NCBI RefSeq assembly: GCF_006345805.1
Contig: NC_042999.1
Coordinates: forward strand, 90,768,001 to 90,832,000
Reading direction: 5' to 3'
DNA from: Octopus sinensis
Taxonomy: Eukaryota
DNA length: 64,000 nt
Shown: positions 36,936 through 49,651 of the stretch, piece by piece
How the letters are laid out: every line of letters begins with the position of its first letter
Position numbering within the stretch: position 1 is the stretch's first letter
Notes under the pieces: generated by a model
Told to the model about the DNA's origin: nothing
Database searches by the model: none
Seen by the model: the letters and a program-made list of their open reading frames with translations, nothing else
Program-made: the position numbers and the translations under genes

Positions 36936-38464
36936 ATAAGAGAAAGATCTAAAATATATTCACGCGCATACATAAATAATACATACACACGTACACTGGA
37001 ACACATGAACATATGCTGTACGTGTCATTGGAAAAAATATTTTCAACTAACAAATTCTTACTTTGAACCCTTCAATGCAATCTAAATAACCTACTCTATG
37101 TGTTTTATTTACAACTTATGTCGCATACTTTTTGTATTGTATTTTCAATTGTAGATTAATAGAACTAACACGAAATAGCTTCTCCAGAACTTCTCGTTTT
37201 TTCGAAGTTACTTCTTAAACTTAAATGAATAGCACTTCTGAAATGCATCAATAACTATGCAGCTACAATCAAAGAAAAGAATCTGTGGCCTTAGAATGAA
37301 TTATCTATAAATATTCACTTTACTACTATTAGCTAAGCTGTTTTATGTGTTGAGTAGTTGATTTCTGACGCAGTTCTTTGATATTTCTGTAGTTCATGAA
37401 TAGGGTGGAGATATCAACATGAGTTTATATATATATTTGCTGTCAAAATATTTCAAATTCACTTTGAGTTGTCGTAGATTAGCAATTGAAAAGGAAAACT
37501 TAAAAATGAAATGACGTTATAAGTTTCGTTCGCATGACCACATATCTCTTCAGCGCATGGCCACATATCCCTTCAGACTATAGGAGATGTATAAATAAAA
37601 CGAATAAGAAAGATGAAGATGGGTACACCATGTATATTTTGTTGTGCCCTATCATCAATTTTAGAGAGAAATTTTGAAAACTACGGGTACTGGTGTACTT
37701 ATTGAATCTTGAGGATACAGAAACATTATTTAGCGAAAGAGACTTTTATGAAATTTGAATTTTCCTTCATTTTATAACCTCTGTTCCCGACGTCTACGTT
37801 CACAATCAATAAATAGAATATGTTCTCTAAAAATAATAGAATAATCATAGCTTAAAAGTAAACACATTTATAGATTTAAGTAATATCTCTCGTTTTTATT
37901 TCAATAACTTAGCATGTTTCTGGTCGTAAAACAATTCATTTAGCCTGCAGTTCCGATATAATTTTTATGCGTTGTCATATGGAAGATGATAACGCACCAA
38001 ATCTAATTTTCTGTCAAAGTAATCCTATAAAATGAAAAAAAAAAAACAGTTTACAGTATGTTAACAGCCTTAAATCAACTGATATGGAAAAAAAAATCTA
38101 GAATATTCTAATAGAAGCACTTTAATTATGGCGTTGCTGCATACGTGAGGATAGTATTCGGATAAAAATGGATTCCCCCACGTTCCGACGTCTACATAGA
38201 TCTGTAAATGTTACTTCAAATTCCAAAATAATCAAAATTCAATATTCCCCGTTCCTTGATGGCTGTTTTATTTATTAGGTTTCTAAGTTCTTCTTTCATA
38301 CAAAAAGAAATGTAAAAATAAAATGCAAATCAAATAATGGAATCGATCAAACCATTCTATCGTTAAAGTAAGGCTTCCCTATCGATTTCCAATATCAAAT
38401 CACTTTGGAAATGTGAGTGTAAAACTATAAATGAAATCAAACATATAGTCAACACAAATATGTT

Positions 38465-38479
38465 TACACACACACACAA

Positions 38480-38550
<71 letters not shown>
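38465..38550. repeat. (CA)n microsatellite
   Basis: Direct reading. Confidence 0.95.
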
Positions 38551-38689
38551 ACAGAGAAAATATAGATATGCATACATGGAAATCTGTGCGCAGGACATTA
38601 CTCAAAACGTAATCTACGCATACATATCCACAGCAACATTTAAACAAATGTAAATAATTCTTCCTGAATGCGCACTATAAAACCTACTG

Positions 38690-38724
<35 letters not shown>

Positions 38725-38758
38725 CACATACATGCCTTATACATACATACGTATGAGT

Positions 38759-39111
38759 GGAGTGACTGTGTGGTAAGTAGGTTGCTTAACAACCACATGG
38801 TTCCGGGTTCAATCAATCCCATTGCGTGGCACCTTGGGCAAGTGTCTTCTACTATAGCTTCGGACCGGCCAAACCCTTGTGAGTGGATTTGGTATGTATA
38901 TATATGTATATATGTATGTATGTGTATATGTTTGTGTGTCTGTGTTTGTCCCCCCAACATCGCTTGACAACCGATGTAACTTAGCGGTTCGGCAAAAGAG
39001 ACCGATACAATAAGTACTAGGCTTACAAAGAATAAGTCCTAGAGTCGATTTGCTCGACTAAAGGGGGTACTCCAGCATGGCCACAGTCAAATGACTGAAA
39101 CAAGTAAAAGA
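38759..39111 (+). mobile_element. Family-C SINE, full length, with (TACA)n tail
   Basis: GTGTGGTAAGTAGG..GGTTCCGGGTTCAATC..GCACCTTGGGCAAGTG..GACTGAAACAAGTAAAAGA. Confidence 0.9.
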
Positions 39112-40466
39112 AATACATACATACATACATACATACATACATACATACATACATACATACTTACACATACACTCACACACAAGCACATATATTATGTATA
39201 TATATATATATTCACCATGCTCACACATAACTGCTTAACGTTTGAAACATACACATATCCCACAAACATGTCTAAAAGTGTTTATGCTCAAAGACGCTAT
39301 ACATGTTCTTGCTCTCTGACACATATTTAAATTGTTATCCTCGCACAAATTTGGTTCTGCTCCAAATGCTTTATATTAACATTATTTCGTAAACACTACA
39401 TATATTCCTACTTATATATTTATACAATGACTGATATTACATAGACATATAACAACACGCACAAAATGAAACAAGTCGAGTACGGTTACTGTTCAAAGAA
39501 AACACATACATGCCGAATATAGTTAGCATTCTCTTAAAAAAGAAACAGAATTGATTAACTTTAGTGATTCTCTTACCGTTCCTCAGTAAGAGGTATTTAG
39601 TAACATATATACTATATTGATGAAAGAGGATGCAGGAAAAAAGAAAGAGAGAAAGAGAGAGGGAGAGAGTATTTGTGTGAGAGAGAAGGTGAGAGACTGT
39701 GTGTATATGTGCGAGCAGTAAAAGGAGAGAGAAATAGAAACATCAGGCAGGCAGAATGGGTTAACTTTGATGTACCTCAGTGAAGCGTTAAACAATTGTT
39801 AGTTTGTCTCTCTGGAAAGAACTTTGTGATGCACAATGTATCGCAGTAGTTACTGAACAACAGGTCATGTCAAGGATGCAGAACAGAAAGAACAATAGTG
39901 AAAAAGAGAGTAAAAGAGAGTGAGAGTGAGTGCATCTGTGTAAATCAGAGATCAATGAAGGGTGAAGAAAAAGTAACTAAGTGAGAGAAGAAAAACAGAG
40001 CAATTGAATTCAGGTAGAACAGAGTGTTATAAATAAATATGTAAAGAAAGATATGGAGATGTTAAGTTTTGAAGTTAAACAAGATAAAGAATCTCCTAAA
40101 AAATGGACAAAATAACAGTGACTTCATAGCTAATCATAAACTTTTACAAGCATTTTCCAAAAATTAAAAAGAAAAAGTGGACCTTGTTTACAATATTACA
40201 ATATACAAAACCATGTCGTTACTATTATCCAAAAGTGTCGTGAGTCCAAAACATTGATTTTTCAGATAATGAAAAAATAGTTTCACCATTCCATAGCAAA
40301 ACCGTTGTACTTCACTTGGAAATTTTTTGATATCTTGGCCTCTGAAGCAGCTGCCGATACGATAATTTGACCAAAAGAACCGGCTATTGCAAGCAAAAAT
40401 AAATATTGAAAAAAAATGCATTCAACTAAATCTGGACATACGACAGTTTAACATTATATATATACG

Positions 40467-40523
<57 letters not shown>

Positions 40524-40525
<2 letters not shown>

Positions 40526-40562
40526 AGCATTATGACCCGGCGTTGCCGGGTCATAGTGCTAG
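40524..40562. repeat. 39-bp GC-rich palindrome with CTAG ends (Helitron-terminus-like)
   Basis: CTAGCATTATGACCCGGC-GTT-GCCGGGTCATAGTGCTAG followed by T. Confidence 0.65.
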
Positions 40563-40687
40563 TTCGGTATAAATTTGTTAAATTAAAAATTTGTGGTAAT
40601 AAAACACACAATGACATATTAAAAAGACGAATTAAAATTCCAGAGAAAATACATAGTAGATAAATATACAAATTTACAAAAATACAT

Positions 40688-40780
40688 AAAAGTTCATCTA
40701 CGGGCCGTTTCGGAGATGCATCAATTAATATGAAACATTATATATTTAAAATTGACATTCCCCTCGTCAGGATGTTTTTT
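40688..40780 (-). ncRNA. Type I hammerhead ribozyme with intact catalytic core
   Basis: Minus strand CATC-CTGACGA-GGGGAATGTCAATT..AATTGATGCATCTCC-GAAA-CGGCCCGT-A-GATG. GUA site, G10.1-C11.1 pair, stem I CATC/GATG with distal AAA/TTT extension. Confidence 0.78.
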
Positions 40781-41127
40781 ACACACAACACATAGTACAC
40801 GGAAACAAATGCACAATTACAAACCTGCTACATGCGAAAAACCAGACATTACGTACTCCCAAAAATTCTCCTAGATACTGAATGCTACTTTATAAGCATA
40901 TAATTCAATCTAGCAGCTATAGTAAATGGTATGAGTACATCTCCATCTGGACTAATTCACTTCTGCACTCAATTAAATTTTTCATCTTTTAATTTCTCCC
41001 ATTCATACAAAGCCACATGTTCGAGTTCAAGTCCTTGATACATTTTATACTAATTACTATTTTTTCTTTTAATTGTTATATAACGATTTAATTACCATTT
41101 TAATAAAATAAAATATATTTAATTACT

Positions 41128-41900
41128 AGGAAATGAATCTTTGATTCTAATCCAGAAACGTATGCGTTCATAATTGACCTGGACTGTTTGATTTCGTTAT
41201 TTTTCTTCGGTTTTTTGCCATATAATGAGTTACAAATACTGTTGCCGATGGGGACATATTTTTGTAGTAAAAGAAATAACAGTCCTCTGGCTGATATTTC
41301 TAATACTTTCGGTATGTGGTCTAGCAACTTGTTGCAAAGACCCTCATTGTTATAATTACATATAATTTTACCGAATATGGTCCTTTTCCATACCGAAATA
41401 TTACTTGGTGAAATTTGTTAATTTTATTAAATTAATCATATTTCACCCTTTATCTGTATTGATTACTTTACTCCCCTACGACAGAACTACGAATTTATCT
41501 TCGGCAGTATTATGTTGTGACTCACGTGGTAGAAATTCTGGAGGGAGATACGAATTCACTTGTCTATATAAATGTGGATATGTTGATTAGCTTCTGTATG
41601 CCCCGATGTCGCCTGGTCGGAAATATGGAGGGTAAGATTTCCTAGCATTTCTAGATTTATTTATCGAAATATTATGTTGATAAAGGAAATGAATCTTTGA
41701 TTCTAATCCAGAAACGTATGCGTCCATAATTGACCTGGACTGTTTGATTTAGTTATCTTTCTTCATTTTTTTGCCATATAATTAGTTACAAATACTGTTG
41801 TCGATGGGGACATATTTTTGTAGTAAAAGAAACAGTCCTCTGGCTGCTATTTCTAATACTTTCGGTATGTGGTCTAGCAACTTGTTGCAAAGACCCTCAT

Positions 41901-41904
<4 letters not shown>
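41128..41904. repeat. Direct repeat pair (41128-41351 / 41684-41904, ~222 bp)
   Basis: Both copies run AGGAAATGAATCTTTGATTCTAATCC..GACCCTCATTGTT with few differences. Confidence 0.9.
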
Positions 41905-41939
<35 letters not shown>

Positions 41940-41949
41940 CATGACAGAA

Positions 41950-42345
41950 AGTTGTCATGGCGATACCTGTTCAGAGGCCTACGCAGAGTTGCAGGAAGTG
42001 TATGGAGAGGATTGAATGAGCCGCACACAAATGTACGAGTGGTTCAGGCATTTTCAAGACGGACAAAAAACAAATGCCGATATATTGACGAACGTTGTGA
42101 GAGACCCGCAACCGCAGAACTGAGCAAAAAGTCGCAGATGTGCGTGCAGCTGTGAGAAGAAATTGTCGAATCACCATAAGTGAGTTATGAGAGGATGTGC
42201 AGAGTAGTTACAGTTCAGTTCAGTCCATTATCACTGGAGATTTGGGCATGAGACGCGTGATTACCAAGTTTGTGCCAAAACTGCTTTCAGCTGACCAACA
42301 CCTCCTTAATTGTGTTGAGGAGGATGGAAACATTTTGAAAATTTT
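41950..42345 (+). pseudogene. Mariner transposase N-terminal (HTH) fragment
   Basis: EAYAELQEVYGED*MSRTQMYEWFRHFQDG..DERCERPATA..VQSIITGDLGMRRVITKFVPKLLSADQ. Confidence 0.85.
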
Positions 42346-42393
42346 GCGTAGCCCTGGGCAGGTATCGCCAAGCTTTTGGCAAAATTTGATGGA

Positions 42394-42540
42394 GATTTCA
42401 CGGTGCTCTAGTCCACTCAGCTGGCAAAAATGAGTAACGCTGCGATGGACTGGCGCCCCGTCCAGCTGGAGAACACATACGCCATAGAAACCGGGAAACC
42501 GGGCCCATGAGCCTGGCTAGGCTTTAAAAGGGCACATTTA
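42394..42540 (+). mobile_element. Family-B SINE 3' half
   Basis: TTTCACGGTGCTCTAGTCCACTCAGCTGGCAAAAATGAGTA..CTGCGATGGACTGGCGCCCCGTCCAG..CCATAGAAACCGGGAAACCGG. Confidence 0.8.
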
Positions 42541-42550
42541 TTATTTTACA

Positions 42551-42800
<250 letters not shown>

Positions 42801-42861
42801 TAAAATTAGGGTCATCATTGCTTATCATCAATACACACATATATATGTATGTGTGTATATG

Positions 42862-43300
42862 TATGCGTTCTGCACATTCGTCAATGTGTTGACTGAGGTT
42901 TATTTGGCGGCGATATTGTGGGGAGGAAATGTGTACTCTGTGCTCCGTATATCTCTTTCGGATCGAATTTCCTGTTCAGCAAATATAATTTCGATGGCAG
43001 CCCGAGCATCTGATTACGTAAATGAGGTTTTGAGAGGCGCAAGTGAAGTTAGATTTGATCTTGAATATTTGTCCTCGTCTGAAATGGAATTCCAATCCTT
43101 CCAACAGATTAGGACATGTTCCGCAATTAAGGCGACCACGCTTTACGACTCTTGCGTCCGTTGTTCTAAAGAATAGTTTGGCATTGGTGAGAATTTTCTT
43201 CAATGTTTTAGGCTGTTTGCTGCTCTTAATGATTTTATGATTACGTAGAATCTTCTTAGGTTTGGGTTCCTATGGAGCATTGGAAGATTTTGGACATTGA
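42862..43300 (-). pseudogene. Penelope GIY-YIG endonuclease region
   Basis: [73 protein letters not shown]. Confidence 0.88.
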
Positions 43301-43576
43301 TATTTAATGCTTGGACTTTCCTCTATCTCCTGTTTCTGAAGAAGAATTTGGCTCGAAACGTAACACGCTCTTTTTTCTCTTTCTTTGAGCGTCTGAATAA
43401 TTCTCTGCAGGTACGACGTCCTTACGTTATTATTTTTCCCTTCTGTTTTTTCTTCGTTATTAGAGCGTAGGTTCGAAACGTAAAATACTTTCTCACCTTC
43501 CCGAGCGTCAAACTAATACACCTGCTTGTTGTTTATATACCTTTCTTTGTTTTCTGTTTTGCTGTAAATTTCAACT
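43300..43576 (+). mobile_element. Inverted Penelope terminal repeat with two tandem degenerate HHR-like motifs
   Basis: CTGAAGA-A-GAATTTGGCTC-GAAA-CGT-A at 43336-62 and (TTAGA)GCGTAGGTTC-GAAA-CGT-A at ~43460-82. Homologous in reverse to 46473-46666. Confidence 0.7.
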
Positions 43577-43589
43577 ACACACACACACA

Positions 43590-43662
<73 letters not shown>

Positions 43663-43687
43663 GTAAATAGATAGATAGATAGATAAA

Positions 43688-44305
43688 CAGGCGAAGAGAA
43701 TCTGTGTGGTAAGAGGTTTGCTTCCCGTTCACGTGGTTTGGGGTCAGTCTCACTGGGTGGCACCTTAGACAAGTGTCCTCCACTATAGGCCCAGAACTAC
43801 CAGAGTCTGGAGCCTTGGTAGACAGAAATTGAAAGAAACCTTTCGTGCATATTGTATATATATATATGTATATATATACATGGATGCACAGAAACACATA
43901 CACCCACACTCACTCCCCCCCACACATATATATAGTCTATATGCCAACGTAAAGAAGCAGTCCTGATTAGGAAGGTGTTACTACCTTTTTTAGCCCCAGG
44001 AAACATCTTTTCCAGTTAGCACAACTGCGTCCTTATACCTCGGACAAGGGAGCTAATGTCTCCACCCAGCCTTAAACGGCACCTGCAGATCAATCTTTTC
44101 TGGGTGGTACGTGTCTTTTGTGTTTGTAGTTGTCTCTCACCACCACTTGACAACTAGTGTTGGGGTGTTCATGCACCAGTCAATTAGCGGTTCTGCGATA
44201 AGAGAAGTATTGGATAAGTACTAGATTTAAAATAAATGTACTGGTGTCGATTTATTCTACTATACTCTTCAATGCAATGCGCGACATGGCTTTAGTCCAA
44301 CGATT
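43688..44305 (+). mobile_element. Degenerate family-C SINE split by microsatellite and a ~170-bp insert
   Basis: Head at 43688-43850, tail at 44120-44305 (CCACCACTTGACAAC..ATTGAAACAAGT). Confidence 0.65.
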
Positions 44306-44326
44306 GAAACAAGTATGTGTATGTAT

Positions 44327-44373
<47 letters not shown>

Positions 44374-46434
44374 TTACATATATATATATATGTTTGTGTG
44401 TGTGTGTGTGTGTATACATACATGCATACGTTTCTGAGGACTCTACACACTTGGCGTCAGTTTTAAATTATTCCTATTTCGTTCTAAACAGAATTTAATA
44501 TGTCATCAATTTTTATTTTACTTACAATCTTTTCTTGCGTCTAAGAATTTCTGCATTTGTAAACAATACTCGCGGACATTATTATATTTAGCTCGAGTGG
44601 AAATAAATTCCTTACTATCGATTAACGATCGAAACATTTGTATTTGCGCCGTCAATCTGCGCCGTGATTTTACATAACAATGTTCATAACAGTTCACTTT
44701 CAATAGACCAACTCAACTCATTATAAATTAAACCCACAGAGAGGTTAGTGTATCTACAATAGTGATCCGAGTTATATCCAGTTGATTGGATTACTATTAG
44801 CAAAGTTTCATCATTTGGAGGGTTTTGAAGAAGCAGTGGAAGAAAAATAATAAGTATATGTAAAACAAGTAGTTTTACATATAACGATTTTATAGGGTAC
44901 ATAATAATGCATTAAATCAGTACACATATGACATTTGATGGGAAAAAAGTTTGAGTTGTCATTCAGTTTCGATGAGTTTTAAGCTCATATTGTCAGTAAA
45001 ATATTTTTAATAGTTGGATGGTTCTTCATTTAGACCTATGTGCCAATACCAAGGTTCCTTAACTTATTAGTGATTACTTTGTAACATCAAAAATGTCCTA
45101 CATATTTCCCAAGTAAACGGAGTTGCTGGCTTCACACAAGATATGAAATCTTGCTGTGTAAAATTGACTATACTGACCTTCCATTTTGTATCTCTTCTTT
45201 ACAAAATCATAATAACATCATTGCACTCAATTTAGTTAATACGATATAAGTAAAATGTGTTTGAATACTTCTTTCAGCAACTCAGAAAGTTAGATATATG
45301 GCATATTATCACCAAAGGGGATATGCATTTAATATATTCGAATGGAGTCCGCATTTACAGTAATCACTCAGCCAGATTTCTTACAAACGAATTATTCGGA
45401 TTTATAAGAGCAGAAAAATGAGACGTCATGACAATCTATTATATTTTGCTAAATTAGCGTGAGAAGAATTGACTTCGATCGGGAATCAAAATCAATTCGC
45501 TGTATTCAGTACACAAACACCTTATATATTGTCCTACAGCGCTGACCATTGAGATTTTCTATACAATTCTCGCTTTCATACCAATACCATCCGGTGTTAA
45601 TGTGTGTAAAACTTTTGTATTATAATAATTTTACATTTGGCCGCTGTTCAAACCAACCATAGACAAATGAAAGTGAATAGAACACAGATTTCTTGCTTGG
45701 GCATAAGCCACAGATTTATTACAGAAGAAGGAGAAAAGAATGAGATTTTATGATATACATACCACCACCCCAACAAACGGCATGAATATAATAAAATCTG
45801 ATAAACATATACGGAATGTCATATGGATATCATTTGTGGAAATTAATAGAAAACCTAATTTCTTTCGTTTTACAGAAAAGAAAGAAAAGAAATAGAAATC
45901 TAAATTTAAAAATATTAAACTACAAAATCATTTTCATACACTGAACGTAGTATATACTGTGAATTATATATATTATAAATCATTTTTTTATTAGGGATAA
46001 ATAGGAATGAATAGCCTGTACCGATTCCTTTTATAAGTCCTTTGACATTAGTAAGGTTGGTGAGTAGTAAAAATGTGCGAAGGTAGGGAATACAATGGTA
46101 AACCTCAAAATGAAGGAGAAGAGAGGAAAGGAGAGACAAGTCTGTGTGGTACACTGATGTAATATACGACTTTATCGTTGCAAAGACTTACTAAGTAGTT
46201 GTACAAAAAGCTGGAAGTTGAAGTGTGTTGGTGATTGAGGTTTAATTAATCAGCCTAAGAACTTTCTTTTGTGTAATGCCTTTTGTACTTATGTATATAA
46301 ATACAACGCCGGCACAGATGTAACAGCTATGTCCAACTGTGGGTCTCATTTGGTCTTATTAGAGTCAGCGGTGGTTTGCAGCTGAAATATTTATGACTGT
46401 GAGGATGAAGGGGTGAGAATTATTAGAGGTGACA

Positions 46435-46472
<38 letters not shown>

Positions 46473-46476
<4 letters not shown>

Positions 46477-46662
46477 AGAATTCACAAAAAGAATAAAACG
46501 GAAGACGAAGGCAGGTGGTGTAGACAACAAACATATATATTAGTGTAACGCTCGGGAAGTGAAAAGGTCTTTAACGTTCGAGTCTACGCTCTAACACAGA
46601 AAGGAACACAGAAAGAAACAAGCAGAGAAAATAAAGAATAGTGGTTAGCGATCTATCATGGC

Positions 46663-46666
<4 letters not shown>
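46473..46666 (-). mobile_element. Solo Penelope terminal-repeat fragment inserted in (TA)n
   Basis: GGGAGAATTCACAAAA..GAAGACGAAGGCAGGTGGTGTAGACAACAAAC..ACGCTCGGGAAGTG; (TA)n on both sides. Confidence 0.7.
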
Positions 46667-46712
<46 letters not shown>

Positions 46713-49287
46713 TACAAGAAGGATATATATATATGATGTACAAGAAGGATAGTTTAGGGAGAACAACGGAACCTTGGGGAATGCTAGAGTTAATTGTGTG
46801 TGAATCAGAAAGGTTCTAATCAGCACACACTACAATAAAGCAAACTAACAAGAATTTGAATGAAACGGATGAGGTTCATAGGTTTGTAGCTTAACCCGAA
46901 TATCCTTGCGCCAGATATTTTCTTCACCGAATTTATATTTCTCAAGAGTGAGAGATCACTGGTAAGTGACAGCACAGGATCCCAAATAGATTTGGTTTTC
47001 CGGGATAAATTTCAAGAGAAACATATAAACAGATTGATTGATGGTTACAGATAGAAAAAGTAGGAGGGCGAATTTGAAGAAGCGCACTTGACATTATAGT
47101 GGATAGCCACACTGTTTAAGGGTAGTGAAAGAAACACTACCATATTTTGAGTTCCTGCTTTGTTTGACTTTTTTTTGTGGCAGCTTTTCAAAAACTGCTA
47201 GAGAAATTTATTTGGAGTGTGGATATATTATGTAAACATGTTATTGTCATGTGAGATGTTCTGTGGCCATTTTTAGAAGTGATGGTATTGCTATTTTGTA
47301 TAGTGTTTTATTTGTTCCGTGGTTATGAGTTGATGCAAATGTTTGCCAGTTTTCTGTCTTTTCTTATAGTTTATTTCCTTCGCTATTTTCTTAATCAGTT
47401 TGATGTTAAGTTTTATTTCTGAGGTAAGTGCTAAATAAATCTGCTCATAAAACCTAGTTAAACGTCAAAGATGAGGTAATGCGTATTAATTCTGTAGCTG
47501 TTCCAATATTATAATTATAATACTGTCAATTGAAAACTAGGAGATTTAGTAAGAGCAGACAGAAGATTGAGGAAAATAATTACTATAATTAGTATACATC
47601 AGCAACAAACTGACGAAATATATATTTACTACGAACATAAAGAGATAATGGCAGTATACAACTAGAAATCTATTAAACCATATCTCCTATTGGATTGCAA
47701 ATATATTTATTAAAGCAAAGATAAACTAATACAAATACAAACAAAACAACTATTTTCTACTTTCAAGGAATCCTGTAAATATTAAATTGCAGAGCTAAGG
47801 TAAACAATTGTCAGAAAAATGGTAAAAAAACATAAGCAGCATAGATTATTTGAAGAAAAACTAAAAATTACCCACCACAAAAAAAGGAAACAAAACAAAA
47901 ACAAAAACAAAACAGAACAAAACTAAGTCGGCAGAGGACGCTGATACAACTTTTATTCTAGTTAATAGCACTACATGGCACCTAATTGCTTTTAGCAAGA
48001 TTTTGGTTCAAGTAATTTATGTAAGGATAAGTTGGCCTACTCTAGCAGTGGTTCCTACTGCAACATCACTGATTCGTAGGTGCCTTCTATTTCATTTATT
48101 AACCACCACCAACTTGTTTGGTACAGCTTCTACTCGATCTATTTATGAGTGAGATAGGCCATTTTTCTCGAGCTTTTTTTCCAGTAGTTTACTTCATGGA
48201 AGTCTGGACTAAGCCAAAATTTAAATACTTACTTGTTCCGAGTTATAATTCTACAAGCTTTTCTTCATTAAAGTGCACTACAAGAAAACTTGATATACTT
48301 CTACTATGAAATGACTACTTCAAACTCCAGTGCATCTAATATTATCCCTTTCATGTCGTCAGTTCAAGTTTGGTAGCCCTTAAAATCTCTAGCTTCAACT
48401 TCTGTAACAGTGGCTTCTACTGCAAAACAAATAGAACAAATACAGAAGACTATTCATCATGTAACAAGTGTGCGATATGAAAAAGTTCTGATTTAGTGGT
48501 TGTACATTGTAGCGATCCAGCCTCTGAAAGCGAATCCGAGACCGATTGCGCTGAGGTTATAGCTGCAATCTTAGGTTATAGAGCAAAAGTTGTCAAATTT
48601 CTCCTCCTTCTTCGGTTCGTCCCTTAACACTGTTAACCTCAATGGTTTACACGTCTGGAGTTGTCTTCACTTTGCGTCCAGTTGTAGGGGACATCTGCTA
48701 AAGCTGCTTCGAACAAGTCTGTCATGGAGAAATAACGTTATGGCAGGCCATCCTGTTTCTGAAATTTGTTATTGTTCATTTTCACACACAAACGTGTGTA
48801 CGTATATATATATATATACACATATAAATTCATGCATATACATACACAATAACAGTAAATGGCATGAGTGTGGCGTCTTATTACAACATGCCACTGACAA
48901 ATGCATGGATCCGTTAGAGGTATACGTTGATACACGGTCTATTTATGGACATGGGTTAATTGTCTTCTGATGTTTGATCAACGAACCGTGAAACTTTTCA
49001 TGAAAATCTTTTTTTATCATTGTTGTATCACGGGAGGGTCATATTTGTCGATAATAAACACAAGCACTGCGTCAGTTTCATGTATTTATTATTCGTTAAC
49101 TTTTTAACCATTCTACCAGCTAACTAATTGGTTGTTTGATTGAGCATTCAGTTAATTAATGAGTTGTGTTCGTGAAAATTCTCATGTTGCCATTCGCGAT
49201 CACTTCAGTGCCATGCTCTCTCTACCCCAGGTCAGTTTCAGAGATAGACCTGAGATTTCTCTTGGCTAGTATATACAACTGGTACTC

Positions 49288-49433
49288 CGTCGGTTACGAC
49301 AACGAGGGTTCCAGTTGAAATTAACGTGCAAGTGGCTGAGCACTCCACAGACACATGTACTTTTAACGTAGTTCTCAGAGAGATTCAGCGTAACACAGAA
49401 TATGACAAAGCTGGCCCTTATTATTATTATTAT

Positions 49434-49465
<32 letters not shown>

Positions 49466-49651
49466 TACTACTACTACTACTACTACTACACTACTACTAC
49501 TACTACTAAGGCGGCGTGTACGCCGGATGAAATGCTTGGCGGTATTTCGCTCGTCACTACATTCTGAGTTCATATTACGCCGAGGTCGACTTTGTCTTTC
49601 ATTCTTTCGGGGTCGATAATGAGGTACTACTGATTTTGCCAGCTGAGTGGA
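49288..49651. mobile_element. Family-B SINE (-) interrupted by (TAT/TAC)n and a family-A SINE (+, 49508-49625)
   Basis: B-type sequence at 49288-49418 resumes as TTTTGCCAGCTGAGTGGA at 49634-49651. The A-type GCCGAGGTCGACTTTG..CTTTCGGGGTCGATAA lies between. Confidence 0.75.

Noticed and set aside
37512-37580. Minus-strand CUGAAGA..C-GAAA-C..GUC next to a 23-bp duplication
   Set aside because: Core words are present but stems I and II do not pair; at most a heavily decayed relic.
40188-40421. Possible hAT dimerisation-domain relic (VSAAASEAKISK, minus strand)
   Set aside because: Single weak motif echo; insufficient without a profile search.
46800-47350. Possible decayed GIY-YIG (NQSVY..IYLGS, minus strand)
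   Set aside because: Too degenerate to call by eye.
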